A stretch of DNA of 64,000 nt from Eledone cirrhosa (GCA_964016885.1 OZ024740.1:288238001-288302000); one strand, 5' to 3'. Shown: positions 13,559 through 29,260, counted from the first letter of the stretch. The notes: generated from the sequence alone by a model not told the origin. Numbers and translations are program-made.

Positions 13559-14070
13559 TCAGAACAATCTCCATAAAAAATATTTATATATAAGACATAG
13601 AGAGGCAATATCTTGAGGATGTGAATGAAGCTGACATGATAAGTTAAGACCAATAACGTTGATAACTTTTCTTGGGATTTTATCCAGACTCTCAAGGTGC
13701 AAAGTAGAAGCACCAGACCAGATGTGGCAATAGTATTCAATACTATGACAAATGGTAGATTTATAAAGACGGAAGATACTTTCAAGCGTGGGAAATTTTC
13801 TGGCACGCCAAAGCGAACCAACTCTCTGGGTAGCAGTTTGGGCAATTGATGCGATATAATCATTCCAGCTCAAATCAGTAGAAAATGTCAAACAAAGAAG
13901 GCGTAAAGTGTTGCTCTCTCGGAGGTTACGATCAACCGCACTAATGGTGGTTCTAATTGACGATTAAAAGATAGCAGTTTAGTCTTAGATGCATTAAAAG
14001 TAACAAGACATTTCTCACCCCACTCAACAACAATTCAACTTTATCAAACACATCAGACAGTCCATTTTTC
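13559..14070 (-). mobile_element. CR1/L2/Jockey-group LINE RT C-terminal fragment
   Basis: EWGEKCLVTFNASKT...FSTDLSWNDYI...LYKSTICHSIEYYCHIWSGAS. Confidence 0.75.
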
Positions 14071-14146
14071 CGTCTTCCGAGTCTTGTATGCCAAACTTGG
14101 ACTATTTTGTACGGTGAAGCTGCTAACTCTAAGTTAACTTAAAATT

Positions 14147-14383
<237 letters not shown>

Positions 14384-15208
14384 GACACTTGCTTATTGGA
14401 TTGGCAGTATCGGCAGATCGTCGAACATGCTTTGCGGCATATAGTTAAATCCCTTTACAGTTCAAATGATTTCAAATCCCGCCGAGGTTAGTATTGCCTT
14501 TTATCCTTAAGGGGTCAATAAAATAAACTACCAGTAACGCACTGGGGTCGATTTAATAGACTCCCCCTCCCCTTCAAATCGTTGGCCTTGTGTCTATATG
14601 AGAAACCATTATTTGCTTTTAAGTCAGAAAAAGATGGTTTCGTGCAAGAAAAAAAATTTCATTTCTGGATTTCAATAGCGCAACCATCTTCGCACATCAC
14701 AGTCATACACAACCAATGTACACCATCACCATTACTACTACCACCACCACTAACACCACAACCAAAACCACCACCACCACGATCAACAACAACACCACCA
14801 CCACCACAACCACCATCGCCACTAACACCATCCCCACTATCTCCATGACCAACAACAACAACAACAACAACAAGACAACCACCATCACCACCACCACAAC
14901 CACCACCACAACAACAACATCAACAACGAACACGACGACAACGGCCATCACCACTCCTGTAACCACCACATTCCCCACCGCTGCTGCCGCCGCAGCCACC
15001 GCCACAGCCACAACCACCACGAACATGCTCTGTACTTGCTATTGATTTTAAAGTGCATACAGAGTGGTGAGTAAAACTATAATAACTATAAGCAGACACA
15101 GTAAAACAGCTTGTGCCTTTCAGCCAGACACTATATTGAGAATATCGGAATGAAAGATGATATTGATTTGTTATCTTTACTTTACGTGTTAACAATAATT
15201 ATATTTTT

Positions 15209-15378
15209 AAAAATCATAAATATGTGTACACTGTCATATGTGTACAAAATCATAAATATGTGTACACTGTCATATGTGTACAAAATCATAAATATGTGTA
15301 CACTGTCATATGTGTACAAAATCATAAATATGTGTACACTGTCATATGTGTACAAAATCATAAATAAGTGTACACTGT
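15209..15378. repeat. 36-bp minisatellite (~4.6 copies)
   Basis: Unit aaaatcataaatatgtgtacactgtcatatgtgtac. Confidence 0.9.
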
Positions 15379-15510
15379 CCATTCCATCAACTGCTGACAA
15401 AGTCGATGTGCATATATCTAATTTTATCTACACATGTCCGCCAGAAACATGAAATCCATGTTTAGGAAAAGGCTACATGGATTATTTATGCACCTTGATT
15501 TATTTCCGAC

Positions 15511-15596
<86 letters not shown>

Positions 15597-15602
15597 CGAT
15601 GG

Positions 15603-15640
<38 letters not shown>

Positions 15641-15644
<4 letters not shown>

Positions 15645-15815
15645 CGAAGGAAATGTGGTAAGGAACCAGGTGGACCATAACGCACCAAAGTACTCAATAC
15701 TTAGGGTAGTAGAGTGGGTAATAGGAACGAGTAGGACCCCGACGGCTAATTCTGGACTCAGTCCAGACTTAGCCGTCGAAACGGCTTGAGCTCAGCCGTC
15801 GGAGTCCTACTCGTT

Positions 15816-15820
<5 letters not shown>
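15641..15820. mobile_element. Fold-back HHR-half insert (same family as 27445 and 27700)
   Basis: Outer arms ataggaacgagtaggac/gtcctactcgttcctat. Inner hairpin 15741-15777, then GAAA-cggct..agccg-TC. TA-flanked. Confidence 0.75.
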
Positions 15821-15880
<60 letters not shown>

Positions 15881-15892
<12 letters not shown>

Positions 15893-16452
15893 AGTATATA
15901 TGCCTACACGCAAAAAGCGTCCAGGGACACATGTATTGTCCAACCATATGCCAATGTGGTTCAATGGCTAGTTAATAAATTAACGAGCCAGAACATATAT
16001 AATCAAGGTTTAGCAAATAAGAAAAAGTTTCAAAATTAATTTCTGGACGCTTTTTGCGTGTAGGGATATATACTTTATTATTATTATCCTCCTCTTGGTC
16101 GAGATAAAATTGGGTCGTTTTGACTGCTGCTATTTATAGTGGTAGTAGACTGACCTCCCTGCCTCTGCTTCTATCTTTACACACGGCACTGGACAGAATT
16201 GCTTCCACATCATTCATTCTCATCTCGGGAACAATTTTAAATAGCACCAGTTCGTAATTTGAACTCGGGAATTTTATATTCTCCGAGTGAAAAAGAACCT
16301 TCTGACGAGAGTTTTACTTTAAAATGGAAGGCCGCAAGGACAGTCCATTTATTTTTGAGACTCGAAACCGATTCGGTAAAGGTAACCATAATGAGTACAG
16401 TGAATTTTTTGAAATTTATTTTGAAACTTTTTCTTATTTGCTAAACCTTGAT
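15881..16452 (+). mobile_element. TA-flanked insert with 44-bp inverted arms and an HHR
   Basis: Arms 15881-15924 and 16043-16087. HHR: acctt, CTGACGA 16302, gagt..actc, GAAA 16364, ccgattcgg, TA, aaggt. Confidence 0.7.
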
Positions 16453-16474
16453 TATATATATATATAGAGAGAGA

Positions 16475-17209
16475 GAATAAGAAAAAGCGAAGTAGTTTCA
16501 GATGTTCAAGTCCTTTAATAATAATGCTGTGATATATATTTCAATCGCCACACTGTTCTGTGTGCGAGTGTCGTGACATTGATTTAGGACTTTAATTTTT
16601 ATTTCCAAATCTCACTCATAACTTACAATGTAAAACCATGATACCTAGAATTAAGTGTATTTTCCCTTTGAGTTGATGGTCAGTCGTACTGTCCACGCTA
16701 GGTGAGAGGTAGTATTATGACCTGTAAAAACTAACACTCTCCCACCCCTCTGGCTTTCGACTGACTACCACAGTCGAGATGGGTAGCAGTAAACTATGAT
16801 ACGGGCCATTGTGTCACTGAGAGGGCGAACTGACTAAGCGAATTTCGTTGAAATCTGCGGTAGCTAATGGTCAACTTCCTTCGGACATGCGCACGCGCAG
16901 ACCGGTAGGGGTGAATTGGTACTCACAGGGGAACGGGTGATAAACCCAAAAGCACGCATTTCATCCGTTCCCATGTCGATTCAATTTGGATTGCCTCGGA
17001 AACATAACCTTATTACGTAACAAGCTGTCTGATGATGACACGACACTCGCACACAGAACAGTGTGGCCAGTGTCGCCATTGAAATATATATCACAGCATT
17101 ATTATTAAAAGACTTGAACATCTGAAACTACTTCGCTTTTCCTTATTCGATATTTACTCCGTCACTCCAATGTGGAAAAAGTACGTTGAGTGCTTGAATT
17201 GAATTGCAT

Positions 17210-17212
<3 letters not shown>
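16475..17212 (+). mobile_element. PLE-type tail with 5' inverted arm and an HHR
   Basis: Imperfect arms 16475-16575 and 17039-17148, plus a 64-nt tail. HHR: gctgt, CTGATGA 17029, GAAA 17081, TATATA, TC, acagc. Confidence 0.75.
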
Positions 17213-17260
<48 letters not shown>

Positions 17261-17537
17261 TATACCAGATATCATTTTCGGTTTCTGTTTTTCAGAGTTA
17301 AAGTAGCCAATAGCGAGGACTGTTTCAGCATACAGAAGTCGTTGACTCAACAAAACTCTGTTTTGAAAATTTGCCGATACCGCTGTAAGATATATTCCTC
17401 TGTATTTGAATTCGATTTTACACGATTGATAATTGAGAATAGCGATTTCAAAACAACAACAAAAAATCACACAGCAAGCAATATGTAAATGATAGAAATA
17501 AATCCTACTGTATCCTTCATCTGTGTTAATCTCTTTT

Positions 17538-17642
<105 letters not shown>

Positions 17643-18539
17643 ATGTGTGTGAGTGTGCATGTTTATCTTTGTATCAAAGTATTGTTGATCACAAATACCG
17701 GAAAAAATGTTATGAAACGTATTACTGTTGCTTTAAAATCTGTTCAACATTTCAATTTGGCAATGCTTCAAAATCGCTTAAAAACATTTTTTTCGAAATA
17801 TTCAAACAACAACAAGCGACATGGGAAATATGATTTTCCTTTGTTCTTTGTCAATAAAATAGATGTAAGGTTATCTTCGAGATGATAGAAATTTCTGTTA
17901 AATCTGGCCAGTAGCCGGACTGATGGGAAAATATCAAATGTAACTGCCACTGCTTTCTAAATGCTGCCTTTAACAACTACTACTACAGTTTCAGACGGTT
18001 TTTGGACTATCAAAATCACTTCTATCCAGAAAAATAAAATAAAATCTGAGCATGGCATGGATTGATTACCAGAAGGCTTTTCAAAGAGTTTCCCATACGT
18101 GGATACTGAACACACTAACCATAAATAAAATAGCGCCAACAATACACCCCCACACATGATGTTTTCTTCATCTTGTCAGATGATAGCTGTCTCAACATCT
18201 CAATAATTCCTGAATCTGCATGGAGGTGAATCTTTAATCCAGCAGCAAAAGGTAAGACTAAGACTCACCCAGGCACTGACAACATTCCAACATAGGTGAC
18301 GTAACCACGGAAGTATTTCATTGGCGCAAATTCTAGTGACACCCCCAATAGGTGTAGGAATATGCCCAATGAGTATATGGTGCCAGGAATTCAGAGTCCT
18401 GGCCTGCATTACTAAAAGTAAAAAAGGAATTAAGAAAAATGTGAAACGGAAAATTTGTCCCCCTACATTTTGTATTAATTCGCATATCTCACTTACTATT
18501 GAAATACACTTTTTCGATGAAACCCTTTTTAGTTTTATA

Positions 18540-19645
18540 AAGAATTCTGGTAAATGCGATAGCGTGCTTCCCGATCCAGTTGAGGCAACAAAATTTTGGA
18601 ACAACATCTGGGGAATACCTTCTTCTCATAAGAATGAGACAGGGTATTTTCAGAGAGTAAGGTATTAACTAAACCATAATGTGAAACAAGATAACAACAT
18701 TTACTTCAGTGATGTCAAATAGTTTGTTTCAGGAATGGTAAACTGAAAGGCACCTGGCCTTGACGGCCTCCAAAGATTCTGGTACAAGAAAATGAGCAGC
18801 ATGCACGATAGGATAGCCGAGTACTTGAACAAGTACTTGCAGCTAGAAGCCCGAAATTGGAAGATCAAGAGTCGAACAGTCATTATAATGAAGGACAAAG
18901 CGAGCCAATAGCGTGCCTTCAAATCATTTGGAAACTGATGACTGAGATTCTCGGGAACAAGATATACAAACATCTCGAAAGGCGAATCTCCTCCCAAAAG
19001 AATGGGGAACGATGGTTGAGATCGGTGGTGAAAGAATGTAACATATTTGAAAAAACAGGTTACAAATACTTGGTCATGTTTCAGGATGCAGGAACGAGAA
19101 CATCCAAAATGAAGGAAAGGATTGAAAAGGTGTACATCAGGAGAGTGAGAAAATTGTCCAAGTAAAAACTATATGCAGGAAATTTAACATCCGGAGCAAA
19201 ACAATGGGTTTCGGGAGTAATGAGGTAAAGTGCTGGAATTGTTGATTGGACGAAACAAGACCTTGAAATAATTAATAGACGCATACACCAGATCTTAATG
19301 TGCAATGGGTGCTTACACCCCGGGGCAAATATTGCAAGGCTGTACTTTAAGAGCAAGGAAGGTGGGAGAAGTTTAATTTCAGTTGAGCAATGAGTACGTG
19401 GTGAGTGCAACAGCTTGTGGGACTATCTGACATTAACTGAAGAACCACTTCTCAGAACCTCTCTGATGGAAGACTTTATAACAGAAAATCAAGGTAAGAA
19501 AGAATTCAACAAAACCTTTAGAGCGAAGCAAGAACATGCATGGAAAGAAACGGCTCTTCATGGAAAATTTCCAGCTGCCATTAAAGATATTGTTGACCCA
19601 AGGTCTTGGCTTAGCCTTGGGTCAGTTGAGTTAAAAAGAGTACTG
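18540..19645 (+). mobile_element. Decayed R4/Dong-type non-LTR element RT fragment
   Basis: KFWNNIW, KAPGLDGLQRFWYKK, YKYL, YIRRVRKL, LHPGANIARLYFKSKEGGRSLISVE, WKETALHGKF. Internally deleted. Confidence 0.8.
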
Positions 19646-19836
19646 AGGTTATTATTACGCTTTCTTTTTGACCACAGCCGAAATATATATATTATATACA
19701 GCCAAAATATATATATATACAAATATAATTTCAGCGAGATTGTATTTATATATATATATATATAAGTTTTAGTTTGTTTTTAAAATCGGTTACCTGTATG
19801 TTGTTCATTTTTGAAGTCCATTTCGTAGTTGTTGGC

Positions 19837-19887
<51 letters not shown>

Positions 19888-19934
19888 AATACAATCTCGC
19901 TGAAATTATATTTGTATATATATATATATATTTC

Positions 19935-20480
19935 GCGTATGCTTGTGTATGTACGTATCTGTTTGCGTGTATGTATTTATTTGTTTCTATTACTTCTGTA
20001 TTGTATTTATTTACTTTGTTCTTAACTCTGTAGCGGAGATTCATTTGGTCTCCTAGTTAGAATTTTAGTCTACGACCTCTGCTTACCATTTACGTGATTT
20101 TGTCTTTGCGTGCTATTGTTCTCCACGCTCCACATTTGACTTATTATCTTCGTTTTTTCGTTCATTGCCAGAGAACGTCTCTATGCACCATCTAAGAGAA
20201 CATTAGTCTACGATCTCTTTTATACCATAAAAGTGGTTCTGTCTTTGCGCGTAATTGTTTTTCACCGCTCCTATTAATGACGTATTATTCGTTTTTTCCC
20301 GTTCTTTGCCAGCGAACGTTACCACGAACCAAAGTATCGTCTTCCTGTCTTCCTCCGGTTGCAACGTTTTTTGAAATATCCAGTTCTGCGTTTACAGATT
20401 GACTTTGTTAGTTTCAGAAGATCCCGTTAAGGGTGAAAGCTGCGATTCTTTGCTTAAACTTTAATCTGTTATTTTAATAA
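19935..20480 (+). mobile_element. Solo 3' tail of the PLE family at 56085-58080, with an internal ~140-bp tandem duplication
   Basis: 20200-20480 matches 57795-58075 (ttagtctacga...gatcccgttaagggtgaaagc...ctgttattttaataaa). Confidence 0.7.
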
Positions 20481-22387
<1,907 letters not shown>

Positions 22388-22843
22388 TGGTGGCTGCCAA
22401 CTCGTTTTCGAGTACGGCCACTACTTTATATCCATGTAGGAGAACCCCTACCGATGCGCTGAACGAGTGTGACTTTTTAGTCCAGCCAGCGACTTGAAAA
22501 CTCTGGTACAAACACTCCACACCTGTGACAATTATTGACACATAGTGCAGGGCCCATGGTACCATGTGACGACAAGTGCAGAGAGATCTCCAGATATAAA
22601 GCAATGCCTGTGCCGTGAAGCTTTTATAGTGAGCGAAGGCACTGCACAAAGCCAGTCCCACTCTCTTAACCAAGATGATATTTACCAAAAAGAAGAACAA
22701 GTCAACATCATTGGATACCATCAGGGTTGCAGGTGTTATATCAGAGTTTTCCTTCTCCTAGAATTATGCCTTGACAAAGGCTAAGGGGTCATCTCTCCCG
22801 GTGATTTTGGATGGCCATTGACTCTTAAGAGCTCCTTTGCCCT
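22388..22843. mobile_element. Inverted, truncated copy of the 961-1555 repeat
   Basis: Reverse-complement identity with about 1100-1555. Confidence 0.8.
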
Positions 22844-22857
22844 TTTAGGTTGCGGTA

Positions 22858-22957
<100 letters not shown>

Positions 22958-22994
22958 CATATAAATACACATATATATATATATACATATATAT

Positions 22995-23065
<71 letters not shown>

Positions 23066-23068
<3 letters not shown>

Positions 23069-25231
23069 TACCGCAACCTAAACCCAAACCCAACACGAGT
23101 CGAAGGGAATGGGAGATTATCCATGAACTAAAAAACAATACGGACATTATAATTAAGGAAGCGGACAAGGGAAGTACTATTGTCATTATTGATGCTGAAA
23201 AATATAAAAATTCTATGTTCTCTCTCTTACAAAATACTAATTACTATGAAAGAGTAAAAAAACTACCAGCAATCAAAAACAATGACCAGATTAAACACAC
23301 TGATTTGTCGATACCAGGAAGACTTGACTAAAAAGGAACGCGATTATTGAACACATTTTGAATACAAAATCAGCAACCTTTACGGACTTCCGAAGATCAA
23401 CAAGTGTAAAATTATTAACTATCCTTGTAAACAATCCACCTCAGCCTGCGTGAACACACAATACCCCACAGAGCTTAAATTAAGACCAATTGTAGCGGGC
23501 CCACAATGTGAAACACATAGACTGAGCAACTTAATAGACATGCCACTAAAACCAATTCTCAAACACATACCAAGCCTTGTAAGAGACGATCTCGACATCT
23601 TAAACCACCTCCCCAAACATGTCAACAACGACACTATTATTGTGTCTTTCGATGTAGTGAATCTCTACACAACAATCCCACACCAATTCGGACTAGAAGC
23701 AATAGGATTCTGGCTAGAGAAATATCCCAATGAGATACCTGGCAGAATAGAAAAAAGCTTCATCACCGAGGGATTACAATTTATCTTACAGAACAACTTT
23801 TTTGATTTCGATGGCAGTACTTACAAGCAAATATCGAGGACTGCGATGGGTTCAAAAGCCGCTCCAACTTATGCCAACTTAATCATGGCATACTTAGAAG
23901 TCCAGATATATGAACAGTCCAAATCAAAAGACGGATTGAACTTCCACAAATATTTATCAGAGAATTGGAAACGCTACTTGGATGATTGTCTCATTCTTTG
24001 GTCCCACACACTCGACCAATTGAAGGATTTCAAAAACTTAATGAACAGAATCAATAACCACATCCAATTCACAATGGAATACAGCCAAGATCAACTCCCA
24101 TTTCTGGACATCTTAATCTTAAAAAAATACACAAATATTGAAACTGACATACACTACAAACCAACAGATTCCAAACAATACCTGCTATTCACCTCCAACC
24201 ATCCAAAGCACACGAAGACGAACATTCCTTTTAACCTAGCAAGAAGAATTTGCACAATTGTCTCCAATTATGAAACGCGAAATAAAAGACTTCAAGAATT
24301 AAAGGAAATTCTACTCGAAAGAGAGTACCCACTATTACTAATAAATAATGGAATAGAAAGGGCTAAAGCAATAGACATTGATGAATTACGAAAGCAGAAA
24401 CAAATTCAAGGTACGTCCAATATTCTATCATATATCTCAACACACAACCCAAGAAATGCGGAAACTTACAACACTATTCACAAGAACATCCCACTACTAA
24501 AACAAGACCCAAGAATGAAAAAAGCCCTTGAAACACACAAAATAATCAAAAGCAAAAGACAACCGAAATCACTGAAAACATTACTCACCAATGCCAAATT
24601 ACCTACCACAAACGCACAACCAACTGTCAAAAAATGTGGTCGCTCTAATTGTGGAACCTGCACTCACCTCATTGAAGGCAACACGTAAACATTTAAATCA
24701 GGACAAAATTTTGATGTAAAAAATCACTTCACTTGCTCATCAAAAAATTTAATTTATGCCATTAAATGTAAAGGATGCAATGAAGATTATATAGAATAAA
24801 CTAAACTCACACTCAGAAACAGAATGACAGTTCATCGCCAACAATTACGAGATCCAACCACGAGACAGATACCACTAAGTGCACATCTAGACATATGCGC
24901 AAGTAAGAAGACACCCAAATTCCAAGTATCCCATTTTACCTTTGCGCTGACAATACAACAGAACAAATACGAATAAATAAGGAAAATATGTTTATTCAAA
25001 AATATAGACCAGCATTAAATATGGTTTAATATACATTATGTCAACACCATAACATGCTAACTATCCAAACAGACACATACACACACACATAACACCTGCT
25101 ACTTTAGAAAATAAAAACCTGAACTAAATAAACCTTAACATACGTTTGCGTTGACAATACAACAGAACAAATACGAATAAGTAAGGAAAATATGTTCATT
25201 CAAAAATATTCCTACTAACGGAATTGTTTTC

Positions 25232-25284
<53 letters not shown>

Positions 25285-26301
25285 ATATATATATTCTCTT
25301 CATCTTAACATGCTAACCATACTCCCACACACACATAACACCCATACACACATATCACACATAACCCCCCCCCCCCCCACAACACACAACTCCCTTCCCC
25401 ATTTCTACTAATAGAATCACTTTCCTACAAACATATACACACACAAAATATATATATTCCCTCCATCTTAACATACTCCCACATACACACACATAACACC
25501 CATACACACACACACAACTCCCTCCCCCATTGCTACTAATAGAATCATCTTCCTATACACACACACAAACACACACACACACAAGCACACAAATAAACAT
25601 ACATATCTTTACTCTCTTTATTCAATAGAAAATCTGAATTCTGACACCCCAGGGAACCATATTCACTGAACCAGAACAATTCTCCCATCACTGAACCAGA
25701 ACAATTCTCCCATCCCATTTCTCTTGACCATTATTTTTTGCTTGTCATAAAATTCTCTAAAAAGGCTACAGAATAAATTTCCAAATACGGGCGCGAAATT
25801 TAATGAAAACTTGTGCACGTGACAGCCATAATTTCATTTATAACCAATCAAATTACGTTTATTAAAAAAAAAAAGCCTCCGTGAGCCCCTTTTTTTAAGT
25901 AAAAAGAAATTCAAACACTCATATATGAAAAAACAACCTGAGCCCCCCCCCCCTCTTGTTTGAAGAACTTTGTAACGCGAACTGGCGCGAAATTTATTAT
26001 ATTTATTGACCAACCAATCAAATTACTTCTCTAAAAACCTGGCGTTTCGAGCCACTTTTTTCCATATAAAACAAGTAACATTCAAAGACCAACCAGATGT
26101 GAGAAAAACCACAGACCCTCCATCTCAACTCTACTTTTGAAAAGCAGAAGAACTGCGAAACCGGTAAAGGAACCAAATAAATATATATATTTTAAAAAAA
26201 ATAAGACTCCAGTTGGATTTTCGATTTCACCCTTTTTTTCTTTATACTTTCACTCGTGTAGGACACCTCGGTTATTTTTCATTTTGTAAAAAAAACCTCA
26301 C

Positions 26302-26308
<7 letters not shown>
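23066..26308 (+). mobile_element. Penelope-like element (Neptune-like), 5'-truncated, lightly decayed
   Basis: [60 protein letters not shown] (ORF 23450-24688). Then a CxxxxCxxC linker and GIY-YIG (FTCSSKNLIYAIKC...RNRMTVH) with stops. Long 3'UTR ends in (TA)n. Confidence 0.92.
26134..26170 (+). ncRNA. HHR variant with U3-A8 core in the PLE 3' tail
   Basis: TTGAAAA 26137-26143, GCAG/CTGC helix II, GAAA 26157, CCGG, TA, helix I ctt/aag. Confidence 0.7.
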
Positions 26309-26368
<60 letters not shown>

Positions 26369-27444
26369 GAAACACACAGATACATGCGGACACACACATA
26401 TATACATGAATGCATCCGCCTCGCAGGGACTCTATATCTTTGATATATTGTTTTTGTTTATGCCACGAAACTACGTAGTCGAGGAATTTAGGAGCAGTTT
26501 AGGTATGATACATTTTATTACTAATTATATCTAAATGTTTCTTCTCTCTTCATAATGTATATATATATATATATATATATACACACAAGTGGAAGCTTAG
26601 TAAAATCGAAGCTTTAGCTGTGGGCAAGCAAAGTCGACCTACAATATGAATGAGTTAGCAAAGCACTCAATAGAGCAATAACATACGTTTAAATATCTTG
26701 ACAAATTGAACATTGTGGTAGGCAAAACATAACATACAATACCAAAGTAACGAAAAAACTAACAGGTTAAAAAGATACACCTGGACAAATCAAATGATAT
26801 ACGTTTAAAGTGTTTCTATGAATCCGAAATCAAATATCCGACTTACGTAACAGGCACGCTCGTGGTATTTCATGATCGAACAGAGGATTCATTTCATCAA
26901 CAGGGATTCCCTCTGCTAAAAATAGAAGTGGACGCTAAATGCTGCTGCTATAAGCAAGCCAAACGTACATTTAGTTGTCACGTGTTATTTCCAACAAGGG
27001 AAGCAGCCCCTGGTTTTTGGCGGGTAGGTTCAAAGTGTTAAACAAAGGAAATATTATAATTTCCGCTAACATTCAATATATATATACAAATATAATTATA
27101 TACAAATATATATATATATATACAAATATAATTATATACAAATATAATTATATACAAATATATATATATATATACAAATATAATTTAATAATTACATATA
27201 TTAGTGATGGTAGAAATTTGGGCACTGCCTATAAAGTCAGGGATCCCAAGGCTTTAGATGAAAGATGTAAGGCCTTTAGGGACTGTGCCTAGCGCCCCAA
27301 TGATGGTTGGCACGATTTCTGTTTCTACATGGTGTTCAGTTCCAATATCACCTGCAAGGTCTGCATACTTATTGATCTTTTCTATTTCCTTTCCAAATAT
27401 AATTTCAAATATAATTTAATAATTACATATATTCGTGTGTATAT

Positions 27445-27636
27445 ATAGGAGTAAGTAAGACCCCGACGGCTGAGCTCAAGCCGTTTCGACGGCTAATTCT
27501 GTACAGAATTAGCCGTCGAAACGGCTTGAGCTCAGCCGTCGGGGTCTTACTTACTCCTATTACCCACTCTACTACCCTAAGTATTGAGTACTTTGGTGCG
27601 TTATGGTCCACCTGGTTCCTTACCACTTTTCCCTCG

Positions 27637-27637
<1 letters not shown>
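27445..27637. repeat. Perfect 116-bp palindrome centred on HHR helix II, plus 77-nt tail
   Basis: 27445-27560 is symmetric about ctgt|acag. Each arm carries GAAA-cggct-tgagctc-agccg-TC. Confidence 0.9.
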
Positions 27638-27698
<61 letters not shown>

Positions 27699-27699
27699 A

Positions 27700-27868
27700 A
27701 GTATGACCCCGACGGCAGAGCTCAAGCCGTTTCGACGGCTATTCCGTCGAAACGGCTTGAGCTCTGCCGTCGGGGTCATACTGTTTCCTATTTCCCACTC
27801 TACTACCTAAGTATTGAGTACTCTGGTGCGTTATGGTCCATCTGGTTCCTTACCACAATTCCTTTGTT
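27700..27868. repeat. 39-bp-arm palindrome of the same family, plus tail
   Basis: Arms 27700-27738 and 27744-27782, loop ctatt. Confidence 0.9.
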
Positions 27869-28324
27869 ATATATATATATATATATATTTTTTTAGTTGA
27901 GTTTGAATTATTTTCCCACATCTTACGTTAATTATTTTCCATTTTGACGTTATAGTCACTTATATATTATGAAATACTGTTGGCTTCACGCTCACAATAA
28001 TTTCTATACTTTCATTTATATATCTCCTTATAATATATAACCAGCAATTTCTCTGTCTGTCTGTCCGACGCGTAGAGAGAGAGTGACAGTGAAAGAAAGA
28101 GACAGACTACAAGAGGGGGATAGCGGGAGGGAGAGAGAGAGACGCTGGAAGAGGGGAAGGAAAGCAATGTCTTGCTGTCTGCATTACGATACATATATAT
28201 ACACACACACACACACTGAGCGCGTCATAATGACGTATTGCAGACAGCCAGACATACAGACAGATATTATAAGGGCGCAACGTTATATCTATGTATCTAT
28301 CTAAAAAGAAAGACTAAGAATTAT

Positions 28325-28545
28325 ATATAGAGAATGCTAAATCGCCTAATGCGGTCCCTAGGGCATTGAAAATTTGAAATAATTTTTGCTCAAAACACTC
28401 ACACGACCATAAGTATTACATATCTAAAGTTTGAAAACAATCGGTTGGATGGTTCTCAAGTTTTAGTGAGCTGACAGACAGACAGACATTCTCTCTTTTA
28501 GATATATAGACTAGCAGAAAACCGCCCCGGGTGGTTTTCTGCTAG
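28325..28545 (-). mobile_element. Helitron-like non-autonomous element 5' end, joined to a CTAG-ending hairpin
   Basis: Minus strand reads tctatatatctaaaagagagaatgtctgtctgtctgtc..., homologous to 59762 onward. Hairpin at 28511-28545. Confidence 0.55.
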
Positions 28546-28556
28546 AATATATATAT

Positions 28557-28849
28557 ATATAAAACGAAAAATCAGTGATGCATCTGAACTCAATTTATTG
28601 TGTGTTACAATTGTTTCGCCGGCGGACAACTCGAGACGCGATCATTGTGTGGATCTGTCTGATTCTGGACCCGCAGGTTCGACACAATGTTCGCGTCTCG
28701 AGCTGTCCGCCGGCGAAACAATTGTAACACACAATAAATTGAGTTCAGATGCATCACTGATTTTTCGTTTTATATTATATAATACTCTGCTCTGTAAGAG
28801 CATAGAGTGCTCAACCTGCATACCGCCTATGGAAGCATCTTACCATCCG

Positions 28850-28850
<1 letters not shown>
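28557..28850. repeat. Palindrome centred on an imperfect HHR helix II, plus tail; sister copy at 29747-29865
   Basis: Arms span 28557-28775. Outer part perfect, inner part mismatched, 31-nt loop. GAAA-CAATTG-TA at 28715. Confidence 0.85.
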
Positions 28851-28881
<31 letters not shown>

Positions 28882-28889
<8 letters not shown>

Positions 28890-29253
28890 GTGAGTTTTTT
28901 TTTACAAAATGAAAAATAACCGAGGTGTCCTACACGAGTGGAAGTATAAAGAAAAAGAGATGAAATCGAAAATGCAACTGAAGTCTTATTTTTTTTAAAA
29001 ATATATATATTTATTTGGTTCCTTTACCGGTTTCGCAGTTCTTCTGCTTTTCAAAAGGTGAGTTGAGATGGAGGGTCTGTGGTTAGCCACAAAAGGTGAG
29101 TTGAGATGGAGGGTCTGTGGTTAGCCACAGACCCTCCATCTCAACTCACCTTTTGAAAAGCAGAAGAACTGCGAAACCGGTAAAGGAACCAAATAAATAT
29201 ATATATTTTTAAAAAAAATAAGACTTCAGTTGCATTTTCGATTTCATCTTTTT

Positions 29254-29260
<7 letters not shown>
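28882..29260. mobile_element. Fold-back of the 3' tail of the PLE at 23066-26308
   Basis: Both arms match 26110-26305. 38-bp direct duplication at the centre (29052-29089 / 29090-29127). HHR TTGAAAA at 29153. Confidence 0.9.

Noticed and set aside
14700-15030. Thr/Pro-rich ORFs (also 2590-2720, 8040-8350, 11128-11632)
   Set aside because: Trinucleotide low-complexity tracts with no independent coding evidence.
15209-15378. 36-bp repeats as a CRISPR array
   Set aside because: Head-to-tail with no spacers, no cas genes, eukaryotic context.
20410-20450. HHR at cagaaga-tcccgttaagggt-gaaa (and 58008)
   Set aside because: The position in the PLE tail is suggestive, but the core deviates (CAGAAGA/CAGGAGA) and helix I is unconvincing. 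Not counted.
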